A stretch of 64,000 nucleotides of DNA from Bdellovibrio sp. (GTDB taxonomy: Bacteria > Bdellovibrionota > Bdellovibrionia > Bdellovibrionales > Bdellovibrionaceae). The notes below the pieces were generated by a model. That model was not told the origin of the DNA and ran no database searches. It worked only from the letters and a program-made list of their open reading frames with translations. The stretch's first letter is position 1. Each line of letters opens with the position of its first letter. Of this stretch, positions 48,541 through 59,302 are shown one piece after another. The stretch is from assembly GCA_036677065.1 (NCBI GenBank), contig JAKFBS010000002.1, forward strand, positions 544,001-608,000. Reading direction: 5' to 3'. Position numbers and translations under genes: made by a program.

Positions 48541-49425
48541 ATGTCAGAGCTTGCACCCTATTTACATCAATGGATCGATCGTTTTCTTGTGCCCATTGAT
48601 GATCCGACTTCAAGACTATTTCACTTGAATCTATTATTCTGCGTGGGCTTTGTTTTTTTATGGGCTTTGCTGATCAAAAAAAGAGCCCTAAAAAAAGTGC
48701 TTCGCTGGAATTACGTTCGTTTACTTTTTTTCTCAAAAAACTACTGGTGGAACAAATCCAGCAAAACTGATTATAAAATCTATGTCTTAAATTCGTTATT
48801 AAAAATTTTTATTTTTATTCCTTTTTTAGATGGTACATTTCATATCTCGATGTTTTTGATACATAGGTTACAAGATATTTTTCCTGATCATTCTGCCCTA
48901 GCCGTAACCACACAGAGTCTGTTTATTTTCACACTTGCATTTTTTATTTTCGACGACTTTATTCGTTTTATTCATCACTATTTTATGCATCGTATTCCCT
49001 GGTTATGGAAATTTCACTCCACTCACCATTCAGCAACAACTCTGACGCCAATTACTCTTTATCGCACACACCCCGTTGAGTCTGCCATCGCCACGGTTCG
49101 TAACAGCCTAAGCTTAGGCTTGGCCACGGGTACCTTCGTATTTTTATTTCAATCGCAGCTGACTATGACGACGCTTTTGGGTGTTAATTTTTTTGGTTTT
49201 GCTTTTAACCTGCTTGGAAGCAACTTGCGCCATAGCCATATTGATTTTTCTTTTGGCCGGCTTGAAAGAATTTTTATTAGCCCCAAACAACATCAAATAC
49301 ATCATTCAAATAACCCAATCCACTTTGATAGTAACTTTGGTGTTTCACTTTCTATCTGGGATCAGTGGTTTAAAACATACATCTCGTCTAATACAGTGAA
49401 AAAAATACGCTTTGGCCTAGGCTAA
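48541..49425 (+). CDS. Sterol desaturase / fatty acid hydroxylase family membrane protein
   Basis: His boxes HHYFMH, HSTHH, HSH, HQIHH. Confidence 0.88.
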   Translation: MSELAPYLHQWIDRFLVPIDDPTSRLFHLNLLFCVGFVFLWALLIKKRALKKVLRWNYVRLLFFSKNYWWNKSSKTDYKIYVLNSLLKIFIFIPFLDGTFHISMFLIHRLQDIFPDHSALAVTTQSLFIFTLAFFIFDDFIRFIHHYFMHRIPWLWKFHSTHHSATTLTPITLYRTHPVESAIATVRNSLSLGLATGTFVFLFQSQLTMTTLLGVNFFGFAFNLLGSNLRHSHIDFSFGRLERIFISPKQHQIHHSNNPIHFDSNFGVSLSIWDQWFKTYISSNTVKKIRFGLG

Positions 49426-49557
49426 GTTTCATTTCATTTTCATCTAGCTATCAGAATGCTTTCAAGCACCTGATAAATACAGTTAAAGGTGTCGCTTTTT
49501 ACATTCTGCCTTTATGAGAAGAGCGTCCATTCAAACAACGACTAAACAGGAGACTCT

Positions 49558-50538
49558 ATGAAAAAGGCTTTCTTAATCGCCGCATTACTTTGCACTCAAT
49601 CAGCTTTCGCTGATTTAACAATCTATACTGACCGTGTAACAGCTAACTTACAACCGATTGCCAACGTATTCACAGCTCGCACTGGCGAAAAAGTGACTAT
49701 CGTTGAATTAGCCTACCCAGCATTAAAAGCTCGCATCGAAAGCGAAAAAGAAACTTCTCCTGCTGATTTGATCTTCGTAAAAGATTTAATCTACTTAAAC
49801 GAACTTTCTGATTTAGGTCATTTTAAACCTTTCGCAGCAGATCTTGCAGCTTCAGTTCCAGAACAAATGCGCAGCAGCTCTAATCTTTGGACGGCGATCT
49901 CTTTTCGCGTAAGATCACTAGTTTATAACACGACATCTGTAAATCCGAATGAGATCCAGTCTTACGAAGATTTAGCGACTGATAAATGGGCTGGCCGAGT
50001 TTGCGTAAGATCTGGAAATCACGCTTACAACCAAGCTTTAGTTTCTTCATTTGTTCATAACATGGGTACAGAAAAAACGACTTCATTCTTAACATCTTTA
50101 TTAAGCAATTTATCGGTTGATCCAATGTCTAGTGACCGTGCGGTTATCGATGCAATCGCATCAGGTGTATGTGATGTTGGTTTTGTGAACCACTACTATT
50201 TAGCACCTTATGTTGCTGCCAACCCAGCCTTCGTTGTTAAAATGGCTTTCTTAAACCAAGGTTCAACAGGCGTGCACACAAACGGAGCCGGAATCGGTAT
50301 CTACAAAGCTTCAAAAAACCAGGCTTCAGCTGAGCAATTTATTTCGTTGTTATTAGAAGACCAAACACAATTAGACTGGTCGGCTAATCATTATGACTAC
50401 CCAGCTAAAGCTAACTTAATCCCATCTACTTTAATCAAAGACTGGGGTTTATTTAAAACTGAACAAGCTTCTTGGGAGACTTTAGGAAAAAGCTTACCCG
50501 CTGCTTTAAAAATTATTTCTGATGTTCAGTACAAATAA
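49558..50538 (+). CDS. Fe(III)-binding periplasmic protein (FbpA/FutA-like)
   Basis: Signal peptide; SPADL, YEDLA..KWAGRVCVRSG..YNQ, NHYYL tyrosine pair. Confidence 0.85.
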   Translation: MKKAFLIAALLCTQSAFADLTIYTDRVTANLQPIANVFTARTGEKVTIVELAYPALKARIESEKETSPADLIFVKDLIYLNELSDLGHFKPFAADLAASVPEQMRSSSNLWTAISFRVRSLVYNTTSVNPNEIQSYEDLATDKWAGRVCVRSGNHAYNQALVSSFVHNMGTEKTTSFLTSLLSNLSVDPMSSDRAVIDAIASGVCDVGFVNHYYLAPYVAANPAFVVKMAFLNQGSTGVHTNGAGIGIYKASKNQASAEQFISLLLEDQTQLDWSANHYDYPAKANLIPSTLIKDWGLFKTEQASWETLGKSLPAALKIISDVQYK

Positions 50539-51121
50539 GTTTAATTTATACATTCTGACTTCTCTAACGGCGCACATAATCTGTGCGTCGTTTTTGCTTT
50601 TGCAAAAAGGCGGTTTTCAGCAAGTAAATAATGATATTACTGAAATGGTGAATATTGTTATTCACCAATCAAGCACACCGTTTACTAATCCACACCGTCC
50701 CGAAAAAGTAAAACCACAACCTGTGATTGCAAACACTGATAAAAATTCAATTGCAACCGAAGAAAAGGCTGTGGCAACAAACACTGCATCTGCGCCATCC
50801 AGCGACGGCGGCCAAATCGGCCGTTTAGCTAAAACTACTGAAGAAATTTACATCGCAGAGCTGAAATACGATCTTGAAAAAAGAAAAAAATATCCTGTTA
50901 TGGCTAAAAAAATGGGTCACACTGGCCGCGTGACTATTAAATTTGTTATCGATCGCAAGGGCGAAATTATTCAAAGCGAAATTTTAGAACCCTCGCAACA
51001 TGTCAGCTTAAATGATTCTGTTAAAAAATTACTCAGTGAAACAAAAAACTTTAAACCCTTGCCTGAAGAAATTCAGCGCGCGACCTGGCAATTTATTTTG
51101 CCCGTCGAATTTAAACTCTAG
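50522..51121 (+). CDS. tonB: Energy transducer TonB
   Basis: N-terminal TM with SLTAH; YPVMAKKMGHTGRVTIKFVIDRKGEI; PVEFKL. Confidence 0.85.
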   Translation: MFSTNKFNLYILTSLTAHIICASFLLLQKGGFQQVNNDITEMVNIVIHQSSTPFTNPHRPEKVKPQPVIANTDKNSIATEEKAVATNTASAPSSDGGQIGRLAKTTEEIYIAELKYDLEKRKKYPVMAKKMGHTGRVTIKFVIDRKGEIIQSEILEPSQHVSLNDSVKKLLSETKNFKPLPEEIQRATWQFILPVEFKL

Positions 51122-51142
51122 CGATTTACAAAAGGAGATTTT

Positions 51143-52444
51143 ATGCCTGTTAAAAAATCAATGATTATACTGTTAGGGCTAGCACTTACTCTTACCGCTT
51201 GTAGTGATTTTTTTAATAAAAAAACTCACGCCTCACCAATTACGCAAGATCAAAATGCGCAAAATGAAAAACCTGATATTAATCCTTTTCCTGGTGCTTT
51301 TGAAGAACCTACTGTCGGTCAGTTTTCAGAAGAAAAATTACTTCTTAATACCGGCCTGAATGTCATTGCACCGATCACCGAAAACTTTGCTCAAGAAATG
51401 CAGATTTTTTCTCTTCGCCTACAGCAAGCTTGCCGCGCGACAGGAATACTTACACCGGCTCTTGCTCAGCAATGGGAACAGGTCATAATCAGTTTTCACA
51501 AAGTGGATGCCTTAGCACTTGGGCCTATCCTTGAAATCAATCCAGATACAAAGCTGGATATTAAATCAAGACTTTACAGCTGGCCTGTGACAAACTTGTG
51601 CCGTGTCGATAAGGCTGTCTACGACATTTCAATGACTGGTCAAATTTCTGAAGTTTTGCCTTACAACTCAAAAGGCATAGATGCTCTTGAATACCTTCTG
51701 TTTGCCAGCACTGATACAGTAAAATGTAATTTAAAAGCCAATCCACTACTTAAAGACTGGCTAGCATTACCACAAGCCACAAAAATTAAAAATCGCTGTG
51801 ACTTGGCTGCACTATTAGCTTCAGACCTATCTGCATTATCTTTAAATTTAAAAAATAGATGGGATCGCCAAAAAGGCAATTACGCGAAAACCTTAGTGGA
51901 TGGTTCTAAATACGCAAACCACAAAGTAGCTATTAATGAAATTACAAACGCCTTATATGCTTTAGAAACTGTGAAAGATATTCGTCTAGGAGTACCTACT
52001 GGCAAAAATAAAAAAGAATGCACAACTGGCAAATGCCCTGAGCGCTCTGAACATGTTTATTCGAATCAGGCTTTTACTGCTATTCAAGCTCGCCTTGAAA
52101 TATTTAAACTAGGCTTTTTTGGGGGCGCACCTGAATCCCTTAATTCATTTGGTATTGATGATTACTTAAAATCAGCCGGCTATACTGAAATCGCAGAAAA
52201 AATTAATCGTTATATCATTCGCGCTGAAGTTAATTTAGCGGCTCTTAAATCACAGGGTGACTTACAAACTCTTGCGGCTAATATCGACCCAGCCCTTTGC
52301 AGTGTTTCGACTGCAGATAACCGCAGTGAAGAGCTTTGCAGTCTGTATGAAGATATTCGCGCCATCACAACAACTGTGAAAACTGAAGTGCTTGTTGCGC
52401 TATCGCTAAATGCTCCACCGATTTACCAAGGCGATAACGACTAA
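51143..52444 (+). CDS. Imelysin (peptidase M75-like) family lipoprotein
   Basis: Lipobox LTAC; KGIDALEYLLF; C-terminal GDND. Confidence 0.8.
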   Translation: MPVKKSMIILLGLALTLTACSDFFNKKTHASPITQDQNAQNEKPDINPFPGAFEEPTVGQFSEEKLLLNTGLNVIAPITENFAQEMQIFSLRLQQACRATGILTPALAQQWEQVIISFHKVDALALGPILEINPDTKLDIKSRLYSWPVTNLCRVDKAVYDISMTGQISEVLPYNSKGIDALEYLLFASTDTVKCNLKANPLLKDWLALPQATKIKNRCDLAALLASDLSALSLNLKNRWDRQKGNYAKTLVDGSKYANHKVAINEITNALYALETVKDIRLGVPTGKNKKECTTGKCPERSEHVYSNQAFTAIQARLEIFKLGFFGGAPESLNSFGIDDYLKSAGYTEIAEKINRYIIRAEVNLAALKSQGDLQTLAANIDPALCSVSTADNRSEELCSLYEDIRAITTTVKTEVLVALSLNAPPIYQGDND

Positions 52445-54618
52445 TGAAAAAGATTTTCTTTTGTGTACTATTAGGCTTTTACAGCAACCCTGTTTTTTCG
52501 CAAGAAGCGACTAAGCTTTCAACTTTAGAAATCAGCGATGTGATGGTTGATGATATAGATAATGGTTTTTCAGCAAAGAAAATTTCGAAAAGCCGTTTAA
52601 AAAATATCGCAACAACTGATGTCGCACGCGCATTAAAAGAGTCTCCGGGGGTCTACGTTCGTGAAGAAGATGGCCTGGGTCTTCGACCAAATATCGGTCT
52701 TCGCGGAACAAATCCCGACCGCAGTAAAAAAGTTGTTATTCTGGAAGACAGTGTCTTAATTGGCCCGGCACCGTATTCGGCTCCGGCTGCATACTACACG
52801 CCTTCAATGTTAACCACAGAGTCTTTAGAAGTTTTTAAAGGTTTTACCGCGTTGCCGTACGGGCCAAATTCAATTGGTGGTGCTGTTAATTATAAAACAC
52901 CAGACTACATCGACGTAAATAAAACAACCGCCGATATCACTTTCGGAAGTTATTCAACACGTGTATTAAAGCTTGGCTTGAATCACAAAGTTTCTGATTA
53001 TGGCGTGGTTCTTATCTATGGCCGTTCACAATCCGATGGTTTTAAAGAATTAGACTCAGGCAAAGCGACTGGCTTTAACCAGAATCATGTTCTTTTAAAA
53101 GTGCAGCGCCCTTTTGACATTTCAGGACACACTCATCTTTTTGAAATGCGCTTAGGTTATGGCAATGAAGATTCGCATGAAACTTATTTAGGTCTGACTG
53201 AATCCGATTTTTTAAACAAACCATACCGTCGCTATAATGCTTCTGAATTAGACCAGATGAAGTGGAATCATAAAAAAATTCAACTTGAACATCTTACTGA
53301 AATCGGAACAGCTGCAAATATTAAGACTACACTTTACCATCACGAGTTTGCGCGCACCTGGTATCGCTTAGATGGTTTTCGCGATGCCACGAAAATTATT
53401 CGTAATATTTTAAAAGATCCCACAGGCACAAACCAACCTTTTTATGATGTGCTATCTGCGCGCGAAGATTCAAACAACGTTGGCGCCAATGCTGACTTGT
53501 TGATGGCCAATAATGACCGTGAATATGTAAGCCAAGGTCTGCAAAGTCAGATCGAAATTAGTAATATTTGGTCTGCAGAAGTTGAATCTATAACCCATAT
53601 TAAGTTTTTGCTTCACCGTGATCAAATTAATCGTCAGCACGATGCAGATTATTATTCAATGACTGGTGGCTCAATGGTTCGCACAACCGATCAGCGCGTA
53701 GCTACTGCCCGCAATGAAGAAAGTGCGCAAGCGATTGCAGTCAGCGCGCAAGATGAAACTCGCCTTGGCAAATTTACAATACTTCCGCAGTTTCGTTATG
53801 AATCAGTCATTTTTGATTTTAACGATAACTTAAATAGCCTCAGCAAAAAAAGAACCGATTCGATTTTTATGCCCGGGTTTGGCTTAGCTTATGCGATCAA
53901 TGAATCACTGATCACACGTGTGGCCGCAAATAAAGCCGCTACCCTATCAGGCCTTGATTCATTAGGTAAAGAATCACGCGAAGAAAGTTTAAACAAAGAA
54001 ATCTCAGTTGCTTGGCAATCGAAAATACGCCAAGAGCAATTTGAAATTCTATACTTTCGTAATGACTATGACAATATAACCGGAACCTGTACGGCATCGA
54101 CTGGGTGCTCAAGCCTGCAACTTGATCAGCAGTATGATGGTGGCAAAGCCCTTATTTCTGGAATTGAGGCGCGAGCTTCTAAAGGCCTGCAATGGAACAA
54201 GTTTTGGATTCCGTTACAGCTTAACTACACCATTATTGATGGCCATTTTGCGGATAGTTTTAGTTCAACAAATACTGAATGGGGTGTAGGCCAAGTGAAC
54301 TCTGGCGACCCATTGCCTTACGTTCCACAAACGCAAATGACAGCTATTATTGGCCTTGAAGCAGGACGCTTAAAACAAAGTTTGATCATCAATCATTTCG
54401 GAAAAATATATGATCAGGCAGCAGAAGCAGGTCGTTTAGAAATACCAAGTTATGGGTTAGTCGACTACACCGCTCAGTATGCTGCAAGCCAAAAACTTAG
54501 CCTACGTTTGAAGTTAGATAATATCTTTAACAAACAATATACAGCGGCAATTAAACCTTTTGGATACCGGCCTGGTAAACCGTTCACGGCCGCATTGGGT
54601 TTAACTTACGATTTCTAA
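52444..54618 (+). CDS. TonB-dependent receptor (FecA-like)
   Basis: EEDGLGLRPNIGLRG..PDRS, YGPNSIGGAVNY, DNIFNKQY, terminal YDF. Confidence 0.92.
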   Translation: MKKIFFCVLLGFYSNPVFSQEATKLSTLEISDVMVDDIDNGFSAKKISKSRLKNIATTDVARALKESPGVYVREEDGLGLRPNIGLRGTNPDRSKKVVILEDSVLIGPAPYSAPAAYYTPSMLTTESLEVFKGFTALPYGPNSIGGAVNYKTPDYIDVNKTTADITFGSYSTRVLKLGLNHKVSDYGVVLIYGRSQSDGFKELDSGKATGFNQNHVLLKVQRPFDISGHTHLFEMRLGYGNEDSHETYLGLTESDFLNKPYRRYNASELDQMKWNHKKIQLEHLTEIGTAANIKTTLYHHEFARTWYRLDGFRDATKIIRNILKDPTGTNQPFYDVLSAREDSNNVGANADLLMANNDREYVSQGLQSQIEISNIWSAEVESITHIKFLLHRDQINRQHDADYYSMTGGSMVRTTDQRVATARNEESAQAIAVSAQDETRLGKFTILPQFRYESVIFDFNDNLNSLSKKRTDSIFMPGFGLAYAINESLITRVAANKAATLSGLDSLGKESREESLNKEISVAWQSKIRQEQFEILYFRNDYDNITGTCTASTGCSSLQLDQQYDGGKALISGIEARASKGLQWNKFWIPLQLNYTIIDGHFADSFSSTNTEWGVGQVNSGDPLPYVPQTQMTAIIGLEAGRLKQSLIINHFGKIYDQAAEAGRLEIPSYGLVDYTAQYAASQKLSLRLKLDNIFNKQYTAAIKPFGYRPGKPFTAALGLTYDF

Positions 54619-54626
54619 ATTAAGGC

Positions 54627-55022
54627 TTAAATTGCCAACAATTTGCAATCAGTCATTACTTTTTTAATAACTCGATATGCAGCCGCTCCTGATAGCGGTG
54701 GGCAAATTGCATATTTGAAATTAAATTGTCCTAATTTTACCACAGAAGAAACTAAACTTTTTTCTGCATAACCTACTATCGAAACTTCACTCTGCATTTG
54801 CAAAAGCTCCATGCTAAACATGTCTTCAGAAGCAGATTCTGAGCTTACAAAAATACAAATAGGCATTTCTTCAAAGAGTCGTACCACGACTTCAGATATA
54901 CTCTGATAAACAAAAATTTCCAGATCGTGTCTTTGCAAAGAAAGTATCGCAGATTCGAGACACTTGGGATTCGAAGCTACAATGAATACTTTTTCTTTTT
55001 TCGTTTCAATATTCTTTCGCAC
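54627..55022 (-). CDS. Degenerate receiver-like protein
   Basis: REC-like beta/alpha pattern lacking the conserved Asp and Lys; AGGAG RBS. Confidence 0.5.
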   Translation of the reverse strand: MRKNIETKKEKVFIVASNPKCLESAILSLQRHDLEIFVYQSISEVVVRLFEEMPICIFVSSESASEDMFSMELLQMQSEVSIVGYAEKSLVSSVVKLGQFNFKYAICPPLSGAAAYRVIKKVMTDCKLLAI

Positions 55023-55046
55023 AATGACTCCTTGTCTTTGTATTAA

Positions 55047-55349
55047 CTACCAAACATTTTTCATAATTGTTGGCACATCAGATAAAATTGCATCTTCAAA
55101 AATTTCTAAAATCACTTCGATATCGATAAACTCGGTAGATGCATCTGGTAAATTTGCTTTTATTAAACCTACTGATTTTTCGAGATTTTTTAACTTATGA
55201 CGTTTACTTAATAAATCTAACGATTCAATCTGGGTTAAAAAATTCGTATATTTTTTGGGGCCCGTTTGCCATTGCGCGAATAAAGTTTCAAATTCAGCAA
55301 TAACTTCATTTTTAGATCTTTTATAATTATCCATAATAATCTTCTCCAT
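55047..55349 (-). CDS. Small helical protein, possibly Hpt-like
   Basis: 100 aa helical protein with HKLKN. Confidence 0.5.
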   Translation of the reverse strand: MEKIIMDNYKRSKNEVIAEFETLFAQWQTGPKKYTNFLTQIESLDLLSKRHKLKNLEKSVGLIKANLPDASTEFIDIEVILEIFEDAILSDVPTIMKNVW

Positions 55350-55380
55350 CTACGTACTGCGTGATTGCCCAACACAGTAC

Positions 55381-55407
55381 TTATCGAGAAAATCTCAAGA
55401 ATCTTTA
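55381..55407 (-). promoter_or_regulatory. Sigma28-type promoter
   Basis: TAAA-N15-CTCGATAA on the minus strand. Confidence 0.55.
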
Positions 55408-55479
55408 GATTATTTAAGAATGTTTGAACGAATCTACACAACTCTGCATACAAAGTCTCGATTCGAAACAAATTTAGCC

Positions 55480-58467
55480 TTAAATTGAAACACTTCGCGG
55501 CAGCTCAATCACAAATGTTGTGTGTTCTAAATCTGCATTTACATAAATACGGCCATTATGATTTTCGACAATCCCCTTAGAAATACTTAAGCCCAGGCCA
55601 GTCCCTTTGCCTACTGCTTTTGTCGTGAAAAATGGGTCGAAAATTTTTGAAGCCAATTCTGCCGTTATTCTTTTTCCTGAATCAGTCACATAAATATAAA
55701 CTTTCAAATCATCGTATTTAAGATCAACATGCACCCAGCGTCTTTCTACAGATTGAACGGCATCAAACGCGTTAGACAGTAAATTTAACAGCACTTGCGA
55801 AAGCTGACCTGCATGCCCATTTACAAATAGCTCGTCCTGAGTTTTGCATAAAAAAGTAAGCTCAGTTTGGTGATTTTCAAATCGCTTCTGACAAAGCGAA
55901 AAAGTTTCAGAAATACATTTTTGTATAGAAAAAAATTCAGTTTGATCATGCGCAGAATCTCGCGAAAAAAATCGCAATCCATTTACAATCTTAGCAATTT
56001 TTTGGCTGGTTTGACTTATATGACTTATGTTTTCACGAATATCCTCATAAGACATGGGCGATGCGCCACTTAAGTTCTTTTCCAGCCACATAGCCTTACC
56101 CATAACGATGGTTAAAGGATTATTTATTTCGTGGGCAATGCCTGCCGCCATTAATCCTAATGAGGACATGCGTGAAGCTGAAATTAAGGCCATCTGATTT
56201 TTATTCAATTCTGTAATATCCTGGACGATACCAAAATACCCAGTAACGCTTTTATTCTCATCGACAAGTGGAACTGCTTCACCAGATATGTTCACAACCT
56301 GACCGTCGGCCTTCAGATAACGATATTCACATTTAAATACTCCGCCAGCTATTAGATTTTTCCATTGTTCGGCGACAAATTCTCTATCATCTGGATGAAC
56401 GATGCCGTCTAAACTTTTTAGAGCTTGGGCTTCTGTAACCCCCGACATTTTACACCAAGAAGGATTTACGTAAGAACACTTTCCGTTGGCATCGACGATA
56501 TAAATGCCAAAAGGTGATGTTTCAGTTAATGTTCGCCAAGTTTGCTTTTGCTGCTTTAGCTCTTTATTCATCACTTCAGCAATTCTTTGCGCATGCAAGG
56601 CTAAATTTTGAATAGAAGACAACATAATAGCTAAACTCAGACTGAGCATGGCGCCAAAAAAACTTATCCAAGAAGAAACCAAACTCTTTGTATTTTCAAA
56701 TCCCAGCGCAGGAGTGATTATCAATTTTAACTTTTCGCCAGCCAGATTTATGATTTCTGCAGTGGGTTCTGCATCGAATTTCAATTTATTATCTTCTAAC
56801 AATTTGCTCGAATAGACTTCTAAATCCGAATTATCTTCTTTCAATACAAAAATTCTGAACATTAAATGTTTTTCAAAACTACCGACGGCCGAATTTAAAA
56901 AATTAGCATATACTATCGGCGTATAAACAAAACCTACAAAGTTTTTTCGGCGGTTTTCAATTGTATCAACTGGCTTACCGGTTAAGTAGACTGGAACATA
57001 AAGTAAAAAACCCGGTCGTGATATATTATCTTGAACAAGCTGAATTTCGTCGGTCATTGCAGCAGTACCTGAATCGCGAGCCTTAATCGCAGCGGCAAAC
57101 CTTTTTCTTTCGCTAGAAATGTTTAGTCCGATGGCTTTTTTATTATGTTTTTCTGGTTCTAGATAATAAATTATAAAATTATCAGCGGGATGTTCTACAG
57201 TATCAGCAGTGGATAAATTTAGTACCCGATGAACCTTATTAACAGCGTTGGATTCAAACAATGGCCTTTTCAGCTCGGGCAATCTATCTTTTATCGTCGA
57301 CGAATAAATAACACCCACGCCTTCAACACCAGGAAGCTGATTTTGTGACAATAACCGATTGGCAAAAATTTTCCATTCTTTTTTGCTGACGAAATCTGAA
57401 GAATTTAAAAGACCAGCAGCACTATCAAGCATACTTAAATAATTACTAAATTGTTGATCAATTTGCGTTCTTGCCAGAAGAATTTTTTGTTTATAAATGT
57501 TTTCATCGCTAATTGCCGAAGCACTGTATGAATAATAAAATGTAAATCCTGAAAATAGCCACCCAAAGAGTAATGCCAGCTTTGGCGCCCAGCCAAACTG
57601 AATTTGTTTTAAACTAGAAACGCCGATTGCCGTCAGGATTAGACCTGCCAGAAAAATTTGAAGAAGGATTAAACTTTCGTTTAACGTTCCGCCGATGAAT
57701 GGTCCAGAACCTGCAAAAGTTTGTGTGATTGCGCAAACGCAAATCAATACACCGCTCAAATAAAGCCAGATCACATCCAGGCTTTCAGCTATCAATAACA
57801 AAATTGGAAATAAAATAAAAAGATAAGGGCTGGCAAACTCATACTTAAAAAGCCAATAAGTAACTCCGCCCACAAGCGTGAAATAAAAAATGACCTTAGC
57901 CAATTCTTTAAAATGTAATTTAAAAACGACCCATCCAGAGTTTTTAATTCTGTAAGCTATGGGGATAATAAAAAGACCACCCAATAAATCACCGACCCAC
58001 CAGGTGATCCAATTTTTTACTATCAAGTCACCAGATATGATCGAAGTCGTATAAAGTGCCAACGTTCCAAAAAGTGCGCTCGTAGCGGCCGCTCCCATCA
58101 ACGAAGCTACAGCCACAACAAATTTCACGTGAGGACTTTGATTTAAACCTGTTTGAACATATCTACCAAACACCCATACAAAAAAAACGGCTTCTATCGA
58201 GTTACCCATAGCAATAATCAAAGAAGCTAATGGATTTAATCCGGTTTGAAAATTTGCTAAAAATGCTGCTAAAAAAATACCAGCGATGGCGAATTTTATT
58301 TCAAAAAAAAGAAGTAAAGTTATCGCGATGCCAGTCGCGGGCCAAACTGGCGATGCCTGGTTGTTAATTGAAGCTGCTAACAGTCCTAATGAAGCCGTCA
58401 TATAATAAATTGCAAAAGCAATTAGGAGGGTAGCTAAATTCTTAAATTTTTTTAATATTTCTATCAT
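55480..58467 (-). CDS. Sensor histidine kinase MASE1-CHASE-PAS-HisKA-HATPase
   Basis: SPVWPATG and WWVGD (MASE1); [24 protein letters not shown] (CHASE); [22 protein letters not shown]. Confidence 0.93.
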   Translation of the reverse strand: MIEILKKFKNLATLLIAFAIYYMTASLGLLAASINNQASPVWPATGIAITLLLFFEIKFAIAGIFLAAFLANFQTGLNPLASLIIAMGNSIEAVFFVWVFGRYVQTGLNQSPHVKFVVAVASLMGAAATSALFGTLALYTTSIISGDLIVKNWITWWVGDLLGGLFIIPIAYRIKNSGWVVFKLHFKELAKVIFYFTLVGGVTYWLFKYEFASPYLFILFPILLLIAESLDVIWLYLSGVLICVCAITQTFAGSGPFIGGTLNESLILLQIFLAGLILTAIGVSSLKQIQFGWAPKLALLFGWLFSGFTFYYSYSASAISDENIYKQKILLARTQIDQQFSNYLSMLDSAAGLLNSSDFVSKKEWKIFANRLLSQNQLPGVEGVGVIYSSTIKDRLPELKRPLFESNAVNKVHRVLNLSTADTVEHPADNFIIYYLEPEKHNKKAIGLNISSERKRFAAAIKARDSGTAAMTDEIQLVQDNISRPGFLLYVPVYLTGKPVDTIENRRKNFVGFVYTPIVYANFLNSAVGSFEKHLMFRIFVLKEDNSDLEVYSSKLLEDNKLKFDAEPTAEIINLAGEKLKLIITPALGFENTKSLVSSWISFFGAMLSLSLAIMLSSIQNLALHAQRIAEVMNKELKQQKQTWRTLTETSPFGIYIVDANGKCSYVNPSWCKMSGVTEAQALKSLDGIVHPDDREFVAEQWKNLIAGGVFKCEYRYLKADGQVVNISGEAVPLVDENKSVTGYFGIVQDITELNKNQMALISASRMSSLGLMAAGIAHEINNPLTIVMGKAMWLEKNLSGASPMSYEDIRENISHISQTSQKIAKIVNGLRFFSRDSAHDQTEFFSIQKCISETFSLCQKRFENHQTELTFLCKTQDELFVNGHAGQLSQVLLNLLSNAFDAVQSVERRWVHVDLKYDDLKVYIYVTDSGKRITAELASKIFDPFFTTKAVGKGTGLGLSISKGIVENHNGRIYVNADLEHTTFVIELPRSVSI

Positions 58468-58556
58468 AAATATAGCTAAATTGTACTCGGGGTTACCCAA
58501 AGTGAATAACAAAATTGCTTTTGCAGGATAAAGGTCCTGACTTGTTGCCCCGGCAT

Positions 58557-58578
58557 AATCTTAAGATATCTTAAGATT
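58557..58578. promoter_or_regulatory. Probable OmpR-family binding site
   Basis: ATCTTAAGAT x2 tandem repeat, also a perfect 22-bp palindrome, between divergent kinase and regulator. Confidence 0.6.
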
Positions 58579-58600
58579 CAGGAATTGATAAGATAAACAC

Positions 58601-59302
58601 ATGCAAAGAAAAATTAAGATTCTAATAGTAGATGATGAAGCAGACATCCGTGAGTTTTTAGCTCAAATTTTATCACAAAATTACCAAGTCATCTTTGCTA
58701 AAAACGGCGAAGAGGCCGTCGAAATTGCCAAAGAACAACTGCCATCGATTATTTTATTGGATATTATTATGCCAATTAAAACGGGAATCGATGCTTGTAA
58801 AGAATTACGGGCATGCCCTAAAACTACAGATATACCTATTCTTTTTCTTTCAGCTTTAAATAGCTCAGATAAACGTACCGACGCATTTCTTGCCGGTGCT
58901 GATGACTACATCAACAAACCCTTTGTGCCAGATGAACTTTTAGCGCGCATCGAATCAAAACTTCGAAGATCTGCTGAACGCAGCACTCAAGAAAAAGACA
59001 CTGTAAAATATGGCGATTTAATTGTCGACTACCAGCAGCTAAAGGTCATAAATTCTTCTAAAGATTTAGAATTAGGACAAACAGAATTTAAAATTTTAAG
59101 TTGTTTAATAAAAAGAAAAGGCGAACTTGTTACGCGCGACGAACTTAATAATTTTGTTTGGCAGGATGAAATTCCATCAGATAGAGCTTTAGATCCCCAC
59201 ATTACCACTTTACGAAAAAAACTCAAAGACTCGCTTTGTGAGTTAAAGACAGTCTATGGCCAAGGTTATGGGCTTGTGATAAAGCACACTACTCACATTT
59301 AA
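58601..59302 (+). CDS. OmpR/PhoB-family response regulator
   Basis: LIVDDE, LDIIMP, GADDYINKPF; winged helix ..HITTLRKKL..TVYGQGY. Confidence 0.93.
   Translation: MQRKIKILIVDDEADIREFLAQILSQNYQVIFAKNGEEAVEIAKEQLPSIILLDIIMPIKTGIDACKELRACPKTTDIPILFLSALNSSDKRTDAFLAGADDYINKPFVPDELLARIESKLRRSAERSTQEKDTVKYGDLIVDYQQLKVINSSKDLELGQTEFKILSCLIKRKGELVTRDELNNFVWQDEIPSDRALDPHITTLRKKLKDSLCELKTVYGQGYGLVIKHTTHI

Noticed and set aside
49426..49557. Possible Fur box or riboswitch before fbpA
   Set aside because: No convincing match to GATAATGATAATCATTATC and only a weak hairpin; cannot be supported
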